From the NCBI GenBank assembly GCA_012511975.1, contig JAAZEZ010000069.1:1-47584 (forward strand): a stretch of 47,584 bases of DNA, read 5' to 3'. The notes under the pieces were generated by a model. That model worked only from the letters and a program-made list of their open reading frames with translations. It did not search any database and had not been told where the DNA came from. A program made the translations under genes and the position numbers. The DNA comes from Bacteroidales bacterium (GTDB lineage Bacteria > Bacteroidota > Bacteroidia > Bacteroidales > UBA932). Numbering within the stretch: the stretch's first letter is position 1; each line of letters starts with the position of its first letter. Of this stretch, positions 38,364-47,584 are shown piece after piece.

Positions 38364-39005
38364 ATGAAGAAAATTTTTTTGTATATTATGACTGCAATGC
38401 TGCTTCTTAGCGGCTGTAACAATAATCAAAACAAGCAAACTCAGAATGATATGAATAATCCTGTAATTGAAACTATTATGGCACGTCGCAGCATCAGGGC
38501 ATACAAGCCTCAGGCTGTTGAACGCGAAATTATGAACCAGATAGTTAAGTGCGGCATCAATGCTCCCAATGGAATGAATGCCCAGCCCTGGGAGGTCCGC
38601 ATTGTGGACAATCCAGAGTTTATCAATGGTTGCACCAAGATTTTTGTGGAACGTATGAAACAGGATCCGCGCGGAGCGAAAATGGTAGAAGACCCTTCTT
38701 TCAAAAACATGTTCAGAAATGCTCCTACGGTGGTATTTATAGCTCTAGGTGAGAGTAGATTCGCTCAGATTGACTGCGGTCTGATGGCCCAGAATATGAT
38801 GCTGGCTGCCAAATCACTAGGAATCGGCTCTATTGCCCTCGGAAGTCCGGTCGACTTCTTTAAGAGCGAAGAGGCCGCAGAGTATTACAACAAGTTGGAA
38901 TTTCCGGAGAATTACACACTGGCACTCGTTTTAGGATTCGGTTATCCCGATGAAAGTCCCGAGGCCAGACCCAGGGATGAGAGCAAAATCCGCTGGATAG
39001 AGTAA
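38364..39005 (+). CDS. Nitroreductase family protein with lipoprotein signal
   Basis: Lipobox LSGC; RRSIRAY, APNGMNAQPW, DCGLMAQNMMLAA and GFGYPDE motifs. Confidence 0.9.
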   Translation: MKKIFLYIMTAMLLLSGCNNNQNKQTQNDMNNPVIETIMARRSIRAYKPQAVEREIMNQIVKCGINAPNGMNAQPWEVRIVDNPEFINGCTKIFVERMKQDPRGAKMVEDPSFKNMFRNAPTVVFIALGESRFAQIDCGLMAQNMMLAAKSLGIGSIALGSPVDFFKSEEAAEYYNKLEFPENYTLALVLGFGYPDESPEARPRDESKIRWIE

Positions 39006-39007
39006 GG

Positions 39008-39427
39008 ATGATACCTTATGAAATAGAAGAGACTCTTCCTACGGAGAGTTGGATGGTGGGTGACGTCAAGGCTGGGTTTCCTTCGCCCGCGGAGGATATT
39101 CACGAAAAACTTGATCTGATCAAGCTCCTGGTGCGTAACCCGGCTTCCACTTTCTTTTTCAGAATAGATGGCGTCTCGATGGTGGACGCTGCAATGGACG
39201 AGGGCGACATCATCATAGTTGACAGGAGTATAGAGCCTTTCAACGGCTGTATGGCAGTCTGTTATATTGACGGTGGCTACACAGTCAAAAGAGTGGAAAT
39301 CCACGGAAAAAAATTGCACCTGCTTCCCGCTAACGAGAGCAATGTCTCCTACAAGCCGATTATCGTTACTCCGGACAACCAATTTATGGTCTGGGGATTG
39401 GTAACCTATGTCATTAAAAAAGTCTAA
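39008..39427 (+). CDS. umuD: Pol V subunit UmuD (S24 peptidase)
   Basis: AGFPSPA cleavage site, GVSM (Ser) and TVKR (Lys). Confidence 0.92.
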   Translation: MIPYEIEETLPTESWMVGDVKAGFPSPAEDIHEKLDLIKLLVRNPASTFFFRIDGVSMVDAAMDEGDIIIVDRSIEPFNGCMAVCYIDGGYTVKRVEIHGKKLHLLPANESNVSYKPIIVTPDNQFMVWGLVTYVIKKV

Positions 39428-39432
39428 GAGCG

Positions 39433-40695
39433 ATGTACGCGCTGGCAGACTGCAACAACTTTTTTGTCTCGTGTGAACGGGTATTCAGGCCCGATCTCAA
39501 TGGGAAGCCGGTCATTGTGCTCTCCAACAACGATGGTTGCGCCGTAGCGCGCAGTAATGAAGCCAAGGCTCTCGGTATAAAAATGGGAGTTCCCTTCTTC
39601 AAAATACGTCATTTGGTGGAAAAACACGGGGTAATCGTTTTCTCAGGAAATATGGCACTCTACGGCGATATGTCGCGCAGAGTACGTCTGACCCTGCAGG
39701 AATTTGCTCCCTCATTGGAGGTCTATTCGATAGACGAGGTATTTCTTGACCTGCACGGAATGCAAATTGAAGATTTCGGAAGTTATGCAAGGGAAATATC
39801 ACGCATCTGTCTGCGTAATACCGGTATTCCTGTCTCGATCGGCATCTCTCCTACCAAGACTCTGGCGAAAATTGCCTCCAAGCTCTGCAAACAATATCCG
39901 AAATTGCAAGGAGGATGCTATATGCATCGTCCGGAGGATATTGAGAAGGTGCTACGTAAGTTTCCGGTAGAGGATGTATGGGGTATCGGACGCAAGACTA
40001 CACTAAAACTGTATCAGAGAGGCATCCGTACAGCTTTTGACTTTGTAAAAATGGATGAAGAGAGAGTGCGTGCCCTTATGGGCATTACCGGAGTACGCAC
40101 GCATAGGGAATTGCGCGGCATCCCCTGTATCAAATTTGAGGACAGTGTTGTGACCAAACAATCGATATGTGTTTCCAGCAGTTTTTCGAAGGAAATAACC
40201 GATTGCAGGGATTTGTGCAGTCAGGTGGCCAATTTCGCCGCCAAAGCGGCGGAAAAGCTTCGCGGACAGGGATCCGTAGCTTTTGAAATGGTGGTATTTG
40301 CAATGACTAACCGCTTCCACGAAAATTCTCCGCAAGCCTATAAAAGCATACTTGTGCCCTTTGTTGAACCGACCGGAGAGCAACGCACCATAGTTGGGGC
40401 AGCCGTCGCTGCCCTGAGAGAACTATATGATGCCCGAATGTCTTACAAAAAAGCGGGAGTAGTCATAACTCGTCTGGAGCAACGTGACCAAATCACAGGC
40501 TCACTCTTCGAAGATGGCGAAGCGGCCGAACGCGAGTCCCGTATTTCTTACCTTATCGACTCAATAAACCAACAATATGGGCATGGTACAATCCGTATTG
40601 GCGCTCAGGGAGATGGAAGCATACATAAGTTAAGCGAACACCGTTCGCCGCACTACACCACTCTCTGGAGCGATATTCCAATAGCGAGTATCTGA
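39433..40695 (+). CDS. umuC: Pol V catalytic subunit UmuC (Y-family polymerase)
   Basis: DCNNFFVSCE, LSNNDG, YSIDE, TKTLAK and C-terminal SPHYTT.W motifs. Confidence 0.95.
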   Translation: MYALADCNNFFVSCERVFRPDLNGKPVIVLSNNDGCAVARSNEAKALGIKMGVPFFKIRHLVEKHGVIVFSGNMALYGDMSRRVRLTLQEFAPSLEVYSIDEVFLDLHGMQIEDFGSYAREISRICLRNTGIPVSIGISPTKTLAKIASKLCKQYPKLQGGCYMHRPEDIEKVLRKFPVEDVWGIGRKTTLKLYQRGIRTAFDFVKMDEERVRALMGITGVRTHRELRGIPCIKFEDSVVTKQSICVSSSFSKEITDCRDLCSQVANFAAKAAEKLRGQGSVAFEMVVFAMTNRFHENSPQAYKSILVPFVEPTGEQRTIVGAAVAALRELYDARMSYKKAGVVITRLEQRDQITGSLFEDGEAAERESRISYLIDSINQQYGHGTIRIGAQGDGSIHKLSEHRSPHYTTLWSDIPIASI

Positions 40696-40866
40696 GAATC
40701 CCGCGGTCTATAGTAATATTCTCACTGCGAACTTGTAAGTAATTCCGTCCCCAAAACGACATTTATAGTGCGAGCACGTTAGTCTGTCCTGCCTTCCGGC
40801 CCAAATATTCAGATAATTGTCGTATTTTCGCGGCTGTTACTGAAATTAAAAAGAACCAACATAATT

Positions 40867-41241
40867 ATGGCACAACTTAAAGTTGGAATGAAATATACCC
40901 TGGAGCATACAGTGAGGGAAGATGAAACTGCTTTCAATTATGATTCGGGAGCAATGCACGTCTATTCCACTCCGGCAATGATCGCGCTAATGGAGTGTGC
41001 TGCACATACAATGTTGATGGATGCGGGTCTGGATAACGTGGGTACCATGGTAAATATCGAACATAAAAAAGCCTGTAAACCCGGCACTATTGTTCTTGCT
41101 GAAGCACTTCTGACAGAAATTGACGGTAAACGCCTTACTTTTGATGTAAAAGTAACCGACAAGGAGGGTAATATTCTCGGTGAGGGCACTCATGGCCGGT
41201 ACATTATAGATCCTGAACGTTTTATGCAGAAAGTCGGGTAA
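40867..41241 (+). CDS. Hot-dog thioesterase, FlK (fluoroacetyl-CoA thioesterase)-like family
   Basis: VYSTPAMIALME, VGTMVNIEH and GTHGR motifs. Confidence 0.88.
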   Translation: MAQLKVGMKYTLEHTVREDETAFNYDSGAMHVYSTPAMIALMECAAHTMLMDAGLDNVGTMVNIEHKKACKPGTIVLAEALLTEIDGKRLTFDVKVTDKEGNILGEGTHGRYIIDPERFMQKVG

Positions 41242-41244
41242 AAA

Positions 41245-42543
41245 TTACTCCTTTAACATTTCCAGTATCTTCAATCGGAAAGCATATTCGTATTTTGCTT
41301 GTGCCTGTTCACTCAAAACCTGGGTGAGATTGGTCTTCGCCTGAAAGAGTTCATATGCATTGGCACGGCCGTTGTCGAACTTCTCCTGTGCAAACCGAAA
41401 TGCTTCTCTGCCCGATATTTCCGACTTTTGTGCGGCTTTCCATTTGCTTTGAGCACCAACGGCATTTTGGTATGCCTGCTCGATACGTTTTCTAAGCTCA
41501 ATTTTAACCTTGTCCATTTCAATGCGACTGTTTTCTACCGCAAGCTCGGCAGTTCGAATATTATTGCGGGTCTGGAACCTGTTGAAAATGGGAATACGCA
41601 AACTAAAACCTAACGCGTTGCTCATATTGTTACGAAATTGGGAGCTGAATGGATCATTGGGGCGTTCGCTCATCTTATAATAACCGGTACTCATATTGGC
41701 TCCGAACGACAATGTAGGATAGAGCTCCGATTTTGCCATAAGCACACCTTTCTCATTGCTTTTCAGACGATATTCAGATGCGCGAATTTCGGGACGAACC
41801 AGTAATGCTTGCCGGTAAACTTCCGTTGGCGACAACATCATTTCGTTCTTGATTATCTCCTCTACCGGTGGTACAATAACATCGAAATTTAAGAAATCAT
41901 CAAGCTCCATTATTTGCGCCAGGTCGAGCAATGCCAGTTTCAAATTGCTTTCCGCCTGTACCTTGTTTTGCTCTTCACGTGCACGTTGCGCCTCCAATTC
42001 GTATATTTCTCCTTCCGCCATTTTTCCGCTTTGGATAAGCTCATTGCGACGAGAAATGTTTTCATCGGTTAAGGTCAGTTGTTCATTGGCGATTTGCAAT
42101 AGCTCTTTTTGAAGCAAAACCTGCAGAAAAGCGGTAGCCACGCTCATTTCTATATCGTCCTTATATTTTTCCACATCAGCTTCCGCTGCGCTCAGGTCTG
42201 CACGTTTCGCATCTATATTGTGCTTCATACGCAATCCGTCGAAAAGGGTAATATCCGCTCCTAGTCCAAAGGATGTCTGAGCCGAGTTTGTGTTTTGATA
42301 GATATTATCAAGTCCGATAGAACGCCCGAATATGAAGTTTTGCCCCGCTTGTGCGTTAAGACTGGGTAATAAATCATTCCGTGCCTGGGTATAGGCAATT
42401 TTGCGCTGCTCTTTGTTAAGTTCCTGTTGTTTTATTGTGCGATTATTTTGCAACGCAATCTCAATACACTCTTCAAGGGTGTATTGCTGCGCCATTCCTG
42501 TAAAGGAAATCGTGAGAAATATTGCTATTATTATTTGTCTCAT
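41245..42543 (-). CDS. TolC-family outer-membrane efflux protein
   Basis: Signal peptide; TLEECIEIALQNN, LLPSL, LYPTLS and LRIPIFN motifs. Confidence 0.92.
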   Translation of the reverse strand: MRQIIIAIFLTISFTGMAQQYTLEECIEIALQNNRTIKQQELNKEQRKIAYTQARNDLLPSLNAQAGQNFIFGRSIGLDNIYQNTNSAQTSFGLGADITLFDGLRMKHNIDAKRADLSAAEADVEKYKDDIEMSVATAFLQVLLQKELLQIANEQLTLTDENISRRNELIQSGKMAEGEIYELEAQRAREEQNKVQAESNLKLALLDLAQIMELDDFLNFDVIVPPVEEIIKNEMMLSPTEVYRQALLVRPEIRASEYRLKSNEKGVLMAKSELYPTLSFGANMSTGYYKMSERPNDPFSSQFRNNMSNALGFSLRIPIFNRFQTRNNIRTAELAVENSRIEMDKVKIELRKRIEQAYQNAVGAQSKWKAAQKSEISGREAFRFAQEKFDNGRANAYELFQAKTNLTQVLSEQAQAKYEYAFRLKILEMLKE

Positions 42544-42546
42544 GTT

Positions 42547-42594
42547 TTAACTCTTAATTACTAATTATTACTCGGAACTCAATACTCAGAACTA
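42547..42594. repeat. Heptamer-period repeat array (nnnACTC)
   Basis: ttaactc...attactc ggaactc aatactc agaacta; shares AACTCAATACTC with 45056-45067. Confidence 0.7.
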
Positions 42595-43698
42595 TTTCTT
42601 CTTTTTCTCGATTATCTCATTTCCACGAACTTTATTGTCTAATTCCAATCCCTCGATTATTTCGATATTAATACCGTCAGATAACCCTACAGAGACATAT
42701 TTGCGATCGAACTCTTGCGGGTTTTCATTTTTTACCACATAAACAAATGAGGAATCGTTACTGAATTCTATGCATGTTTCGGGAATCATCAGCACATCAG
42801 CTTTTCTCTCCAAAACAATATCGGCATTCGCACTATATCCGGCGCGGATAAAGACATCTTTAGGCATCTCCATTTTGGCTTTCATCTCGAACAAAATGGC
42901 TCCACTCTCCTCAGTGGCTTTTGGCGAAACATATTCCAGCACCGCTGAAATTTTCTTATCCTGAATGGCACCAATCGTTATCTCCATAGGCATTCCTGTT
43001 GAGAGTTTACCAACTTCCGTTTCATCAATTTTTCCCACAAAGAGCATATCGTTAAGATTTGCAATGGAAGCAACCGTGGTCCCGTCATTGAAGTTATTGG
43101 TTTGGATAACCGAATTTCCCACTTTTACAGGAATATCCAGGATAGTTCCGCTCACGGTAGCACGCACCAATGTATTGCTCGATTTCTGAGTACTTTTTGT
43201 CATTCCTGTTTTAACCAAATTCAGGTTGTCAGTGGCCGCCTGTAGCTCTTCCTGGTCGTTTTTATATTGAAGTTGCACTTTTTCAAACTCTTCTTTAGAG
43301 ATTACCAGATTTTCGTAAAGTTTCCGGTCGCGTTCATAATTAATCCTGCTTTGCTCAGCAGCAAGTTGTGCGCGTGCAACACGCGATTCTGCTCCACTCA
43401 AATTGACCATATCCGGAACAACCTGAATCTTCGCGATAATGTCGCCTGCTACAACCTTATCACCTGCTTCTTTGTATACTTCGGAAATTATACCCGACAT
43501 TTGAGGCTTGATTAGAATTTCATTGCGGGGCTCTACCTTACCCGTAGCTACTGTTTTCTTCTCGATAGTGCCTTGAGTTACGGTTTCAATTTGATATGTT
43601 TTTTCTACAGGACGCGACTTCTTATAGAGAAATACGAATGTCCCGATAACCAATAGTCCTAAAAGGGCTAATCCTACGATTTTAAATACTTTTTTCAT
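42592..43698 (-). CDS. Efflux periplasmic adaptor subunit (MacA-like)
   Basis: N-terminal TM; VATGKVEP, lipoyl-like SGIISEV...GDKV, IDETEVGKL and RAGYSANADI motifs. Confidence 0.92.
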   Translation of the reverse strand: MKKVFKIVGLALLGLLVIGTFVFLYKKSRPVEKTYQIETVTQGTIEKKTVATGKVEPRNEILIKPQMSGIISEVYKEAGDKVVAGDIIAKIQVVPDMVNLSGAESRVARAQLAAEQSRINYERDRKLYENLVISKEEFEKVQLQYKNDQEELQAATDNLNLVKTGMTKSTQKSSNTLVRATVSGTILDIPVKVGNSVIQTNNFNDGTTVASIANLNDMLFVGKIDETEVGKLSTGMPMEITIGAIQDKKISAVLEYVSPKATEESGAILFEMKAKMEMPKDVFIRAGYSANADIVLERKADVLMIPETCIEFSNDSSFVYVVKNENPQEFDRKYVSVGLSDGINIEIIEGLELDNKVRGNEIIEKKKK

Positions 43699-43726
43699 TG
43701 TATGTTGTTGTTATTATTGTTTGTTT

Positions 43727-44980
43727 CTATTCTTCCGCAATTGCCTCGACAGGCTTGATCATCATGGCGCGTTGGGCGGGAATAAGCCCTGCCAACATTC
43801 CGATAACGATTAGAATAATGAGTGAACCCACCGCCATTGTGAAGCTGATTTGCGGATCTTTAAAAAATTGATCACCTTGACTTAGGACTACTCCTACTGC
43901 TGAAAGCAACCCCACACCCAGCACAATTCCGCCAATCCCTGCCAGAACGGTCAGTACAACACTTTCACTCAAAATTTGTCCTATAATATTATTCGGTGTC
44001 GCCCCCAAAGCACGACGGATACCTATCTCTTTGGTGCGTTCGCGCACGGTTACGAGCATGATGTTGCTGACGCCGACGGCTCCCGCGAGCAATGTGCCAA
44101 TACCGACGATCCAGATTAGAAGGGAGATACCAATCTCCAGGTTATTGAACATTTTAAATTGCTCTTCGATGTTCATGCTAAAAACCGCCTCTTTGTCGTC
44201 AGGTGATATTTGGTGCTGTTGTTTTAAAACTTCCGTGATTTTATCCTGAATACTTCTAACAGCTACACCAGGTTTAGCGGTAGCTGCCAAAAAGTGAATT
44301 ACATTACCTTGATTAAATGCCTGCTGCATAGTCGTAAAGGGCAACACTACGGTTTCCGCAGTTTGTCCGCCAATGCTCACACCGGATGTGCTTCGTGCCA
44401 CACCAATAACTTGAAAATAGATCCCATTTACTCGAATCTGCTTTCCTGCCGGATTCTCACCATGAAAAAGCACCTCATATACCCTTTCACCAATAACACA
44501 CACCTTGCGTTTTTCAGCAATATCTATATCATTGACATATCGGCCGTAGAGCATTTTGCTTTTTTCGATCAAATCATATTCGGGATAACAACCTTTTACC
44601 AGATAGGACCCTCCCTTATCTCCTCGCACTACATTTTTCTCACCATTACCACCTCCAAAAAGCACTGGTGACATATATTGCAAATCATCCACTCTATTTC
44701 GAATAATAGGTAAATCACTATTTGTCATATTCCAAACACGCCCTTTTCTGAAACCTTTGTAGGGCTCAGTCGTACGCTCTGCCATAAAAAAGACCGAATT
44801 GGTTGCAAACCCTTCTATTTGCGAGAAAATGCCGGTTTTTAATGCATTTCCCGCACCCACCATAAGCACAAGCATAAATATTCCCCAAAAAACGCCGAAT
44901 GCCGTGAGAAAACTACGCGATTTATTGCTCGTAATGGTAATCCATATCTCCTGCCAGCGGTCAATATCGAAAACAGACAT
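43727..44980 (-). CDS. ABC transporter permease (MacB/FtsX family)
   Basis: RSFLTAFGVFWG and GVSNIMLVTVRERTKEIGIRRALGA motifs; likely start MSVFDID at 44980 (alternative start 45040). Confidence 0.93.
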   Translation of the reverse strand: MSVFDIDRWQEIWITITSNKSRSFLTAFGVFWGIFMLVLMVGAGNALKTGIFSQIEGFATNSVFFMAERTTEPYKGFRKGRVWNMTNSDLPIIRNRVDDLQYMSPVLFGGGNGEKNVVRGDKGGSYLVKGCYPEYDLIEKSKMLYGRYVNDIDIAEKRKVCVIGERVYEVLFHGENPAGKQIRVNGIYFQVIGVARSTSGVSIGGQTAETVVLPFTTMQQAFNQGNVIHFLAATAKPGVAVRSIQDKITEVLKQQHQISPDDKEAVFSMNIEEQFKMFNNLEIGISLLIWIVGIGTLLAGAVGVSNIMLVTVRERTKEIGIRRALGATPNNIIGQILSESVVLTVLAGIGGIVLGVGLLSAVGVVLSQGDQFFKDPQISFTMAVGSLIILIVIGMLAGLIPAQRAMMIKPVEAIAEE

Positions 44981-45053
44981 GATCCTTCTCCATAAAGAAG
45001 TTTTTCCAAATTGTGGCAGACTATTTATCTTTTGTTTCATATTATTCTAAATC

Positions 45054-45145
45054 AAAACTCAATACTCTGTACTCAGAACTCACCCGCATCTCGTACCCTG
45101 CGACCCCTAATCACCGCGCACCCCGTAACTCGCACCCCGCACCCC
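45054..45145. repeat. Heptamer-period repeat array (nnnACTC units, then GCACCCC units)
   Basis: aaaactc aatactc tgtactc agaactc ... gcatctc gtaccct gcgaccc ... gcacccc gtaactc gcacccc gcacccc. Confidence 0.85.
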
Positions 45146-45149
45146 ATAT

Positions 45150-46412
45150 CTACTCCTGTCTCATTGCCTCTATCGGCTTTATCTTAACAGCTTTCCTTGC
45201 GGGTAGATAACCGGCAATCACTCCCGATATAACCAGCAAAACGGTCGCAAAAATGGCGTACCCGATATTTACGGTAGGATTTTTAAATACCGACATTTGC
45301 GGACCTCCGTCAGCGCTTTGCGCCACATTTGCAGCCTGCTCCGTAATAAAGTTCATTATCTCTGTAACCCCTATCCCTAAAAACATACCGATGTATCCGA
45401 AAATGGCGGTAATGATAATGGATTCCAAAATTATGGAGGTCAATATGGAGGCCGGCGGTGCTCCTATGGCTTTACGAATACCTATTTCACGCGTACGTTC
45501 TTTTACCGACACTAACATGATATTACTTACACCCACAATTCCGGCAATAAGCGTGAGAATTCCAACAATAGTTACAAATAGGTTGACTCCACCAAATATT
45601 TTCATCGTTTCGATGTAATCGGATTGCGAGTTGTTTACCCAAAGTGCTTGATTGTCTTCCGGATCAAACTTAAGTTGGCGCCCCATAAGATTACGCAATG
45701 ATTTATTGAATCTTTCATTTTCAACTGTCGTTTCGAGCCCTTCCACAGTAAAGGAAAGTTGATAGAATTTTTTATCGGTATTAAATACGACTTGCATAGT
45801 AGAGAATGGTATATAGGCAACCGGACCGCCCCACTGCTCTTTTTTAGAATTTACACCGATAACTTTAAACATCAGTTGCCCAACCTTTACATATTCTCCT
45901 AATGGTGATTTCTCTTTGAAAAGCACCTCTGCCATTTGTTTGTCAATAACGATTACCTTACTCCTCTGAGTATAGTCAAGATGATTGAAAAATCTACCGT
46001 CACCCGGCTCAAAAATCAGTTTCTCCATTTCGGCATAACTCGGCATGACACCATTAACCTGATACGAGCCATATTCAGTGCCATAGGAAATATTTTGTGT
46101 CCTATTGGAACGGGCGGTAACCAAACGACTTTCCTTTACTTCATCTTCTACAACCGATATTTCCTGTTCGGAAAACTTAAGATTTCGTCCCGATTTCAAT
46201 CCTTGATAGGGTATCGATGTGATTCCGGTCCACATGTTAATACGGTTTACGGCACGGTGTTCAAAATTTGCTGTCACCCCATTTTTCAATCCGTTGCTTG
46301 CACCAAGCAAGACTATAAGGATGAAAATTCCCCAAGAAACCGAAAGTCCGGTCAGGGTGGTGCGCAGCTTATTTTTGCGCAGGGTAGCGAATATTTCTTG
46401 TAAATAATTCAT
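45150..46412 (-). CDS. ABC transporter permease (MacB/FtsX family)
   Basis: NKLRTTLTGLSVSWG and GVSNIMLVSVKERTREIGIRKAIGA motifs. Confidence 0.93.
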   Translation of the reverse strand: MNYLQEIFATLRKNKLRTTLTGLSVSWGIFILIVLLGASNGLKNGVTANFEHRAVNRINMWTGITSIPYQGLKSGRNLKFSEQEISVVEDEVKESRLVTARSNRTQNISYGTEYGSYQVNGVMPSYAEMEKLIFEPGDGRFFNHLDYTQRSKVIVIDKQMAEVLFKEKSPLGEYVKVGQLMFKVIGVNSKKEQWGGPVAYIPFSTMQVVFNTDKKFYQLSFTVEGLETTVENERFNKSLRNLMGRQLKFDPEDNQALWVNNSQSDYIETMKIFGGVNLFVTIVGILTLIAGIVGVSNIMLVSVKERTREIGIRKAIGAPPASILTSIILESIIITAIFGYIGMFLGIGVTEIMNFITEQAANVAQSADGGPQMSVFKNPTVNIGYAIFATVLLVISGVIAGYLPARKAVKIKPIEAMRQE

Positions 46413-46416
46413 GTTA

Positions 46417-46510
46417 TAGTTCCGAGTTCTGAGTTAGGAGTTCTGAGTTACGGGGTGCGAGGTATTCTCGAGGTGCGAGTCGCGTGGTGTGGGGTGCGAG
46501 TGCGAGGTGT
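46417..46510. repeat. Heptamer-period repeat array, inverted relative to the arrays at 45054 and 42547
   Basis: tagttcc gagttct gagttag gagttct gagttac ggggtgc gaggtat ... gaggtgc gagtcgc gtggtgt ggggtgc gagtgc gaggtgt. Confidence 0.85.
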
Positions 46511-47171
46511 CGCTTTCGATCATACCGTCTTTCAGGCGGATTATGCGGTTGGTGGCATCGGCTACCGATTGTTCGTGAGTAACGATGATAGTGGTGATGC
46601 CTTGTTTATTTAAGTCAGTGAGAAGACCTATTACTTCTACGGTAGTTTGACTGTCTAATGCTCCTGTAGGTTCGTCGGCAAGAATAATTTTTGGATTTGA
46701 AATCATAGCGCGCGCAATGGCAACACGTTGTTTCTGCCCACCCGAAAGCTCATTAGGCATGTGATGTGCCCAATCTTTCAATCCCATTTTATCCAGATGC
46801 TCCATTGCAACGATATTACGTTGTCTTCTGCCCACATTTTTATAATAGAGCGGAAGTGCAACATTTTCTAAAGCATTCTTAAAATTTATAAGATTGAATG
46901 ATTGAAATACGAATCCGATCATTTCATTGCGATATTTCGCGGCCTGTTTTTCACTCAAATCTCTGATGAGTGTACCGTTTAGCCGATATTCTCCCGCATC
47001 ATAGGTATCTAAAATTCCTATTATATTAAGTAATGTGGATTTTCCCGAACCGGATGCTCCCATAATGGAGACATATTCGCCCGCTTCAATGTTGAGGCTG
47101 ATACCTTTAAGCACATGCAGCGAAATGGCTTCTGTGTAGTAGGATTTGTGTAAATTTGTAAGAGAAATCAT
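46434..47171 (-). CDS. ABC transporter ATP-binding protein (MacB/LolD-like)
   Basis: [32 protein letters not shown] and VTH motifs. Confidence 0.96.
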   Translation of the reverse strand: MISLTNLHKSYYTEAISLHVLKGISLNIEAGEYVSIMGASGSGKSTLLNIIGILDTYDAGEYRLNGTLIRDLSEKQAAKYRNEMIGFVFQSFNLINFKNALENVALPLYYKNVGRRQRNIVAMEHLDKMGLKDWAHHMPNELSGGQKQRVAIARAMISNPKIILADEPTGALDSQTTVEVIGLLTDLNKQGITTIIVTHEQSVADATNRIIRLKDGMIESDTSHSHPTPRDSHLENTSHPVTQNS

Positions 47172-47293
47172 TATGTATTAGCTATTTGCTTTTGGCTTAA
47201 AACCATTTTTGTCTTTTAACTAAGAAAGATATTCTGTTGTTTGCTTTGTAAGAATCCATTTTTGATAAAAATTTCATGCCAAAAATGACCATT

Positions 47294-47584
47294 CTACTTT
47301 TGTTGTTCTTCCAAAACATCTTTTAAGCTCTCTACAAAATCATCTAAACTAATCTCGAGCAGGTTTATCTTCTTAGCAATGGAGAGCATTTCCAACCCCA
47401 TAAATTCCTTTTTATACATCTTCTTCACGCTCTTTTTTGCATCGGGCGATGCGAAAAAACCCATGCCGCGTTTGTCGTAAATTATATCGAGCGATTTCAA
47501 ATGGTCGTAGCTTCGCATAACGGTATTGGGATTTACCCCCAATTGTGCCCCCATCTCCCTTATGGAAGGTATTCGTTCATCTTC
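47294..47584 (-). CDS. GntR-family (YtrA-like) transcriptional regulator, 5' end beyond the window
   Basis: EDERIPSIREMGAQLGVNPNTVMRSY...RGMGFF; the frame is open to the window edge. Confidence 0.88.
   Translation of the reverse strand, partial: EDERIPSIREMGAQLGVNPNTVMRSYDHLKSLDIIYDKRGMGFFASPDAKKSVKKMYKKEFMGLEMLSIAKKINLLEISLDDFVESLKDVLEEQQK

Noticed and set aside
40696..40866. Fluoride or other riboswitch upstream of the FlK-like thioesterase
   Set aside because: No recognisable consensus or convincing stem-terminator is visible.
44981..45040. 20-codon N-terminal extension of permease 2 as a remnant of a small inserted gene
   Set aside because: Too short to assign; it may simply be an in-frame upstream ATG.
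42547..46510. Heptamer arrays as a CRISPR array or IS ends
   Set aside because: The units are 7 nt, degenerate and lack unique spacers; there is no cas or transposase gene nearby.

Overview
Bacteroidales (Bacteroidetes) chromosomal DNA, recognised from TAnnTTTG promoter motifs, SusC/SusD and Bacteroides-type gene order. By eye it has four parts. (1) 1-~1505 is an AT-rich foreign patch: a truncated MobA/MobC-type mobilisation gene, an orphan HEXXH (M91-like) toxin C-terminus and its translationally coupled but frameshifted candidate immunity gene, joined to a truncated host membrane-protein gene. (2) ~1500-19650 and ~32280-40700 hold core genes: serine hydrolase, C26 peptidase, pmm/pgm, def, ruvX, M23, dxr, frameshifted rseP, tRNA-Glu, rpsT, radC, upp, miaB, a glycine-lipid-type acyltransferase pair, rpoN, cysS, ssb, dcp, nitroreductase and umuDC. 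(3) 19703-32245 is a PUL-shaped locus (ECF sigma, FecR, STN-SusC, SusD) whose accessory genes are all thiol-disulfide proteins (DsbD, two TlpA thioredoxins, a 654-aa protein with an nDsbD-like domain) with no recognisable CAZymes. It also contains a structured intergenic RNA candidate. (4) 41245-47584 is a MacAB-TolC-type ABC export operon whose intergenic spaces carry 7-nt-period repeat arrays that are complementary to each other across whole genes. The strongest novelty candidates are the redox SusC/D locus and the complementary heptamer arrays. All calls rest on motif recognition by eye; no searches were run, and GC statements are rough estimates.
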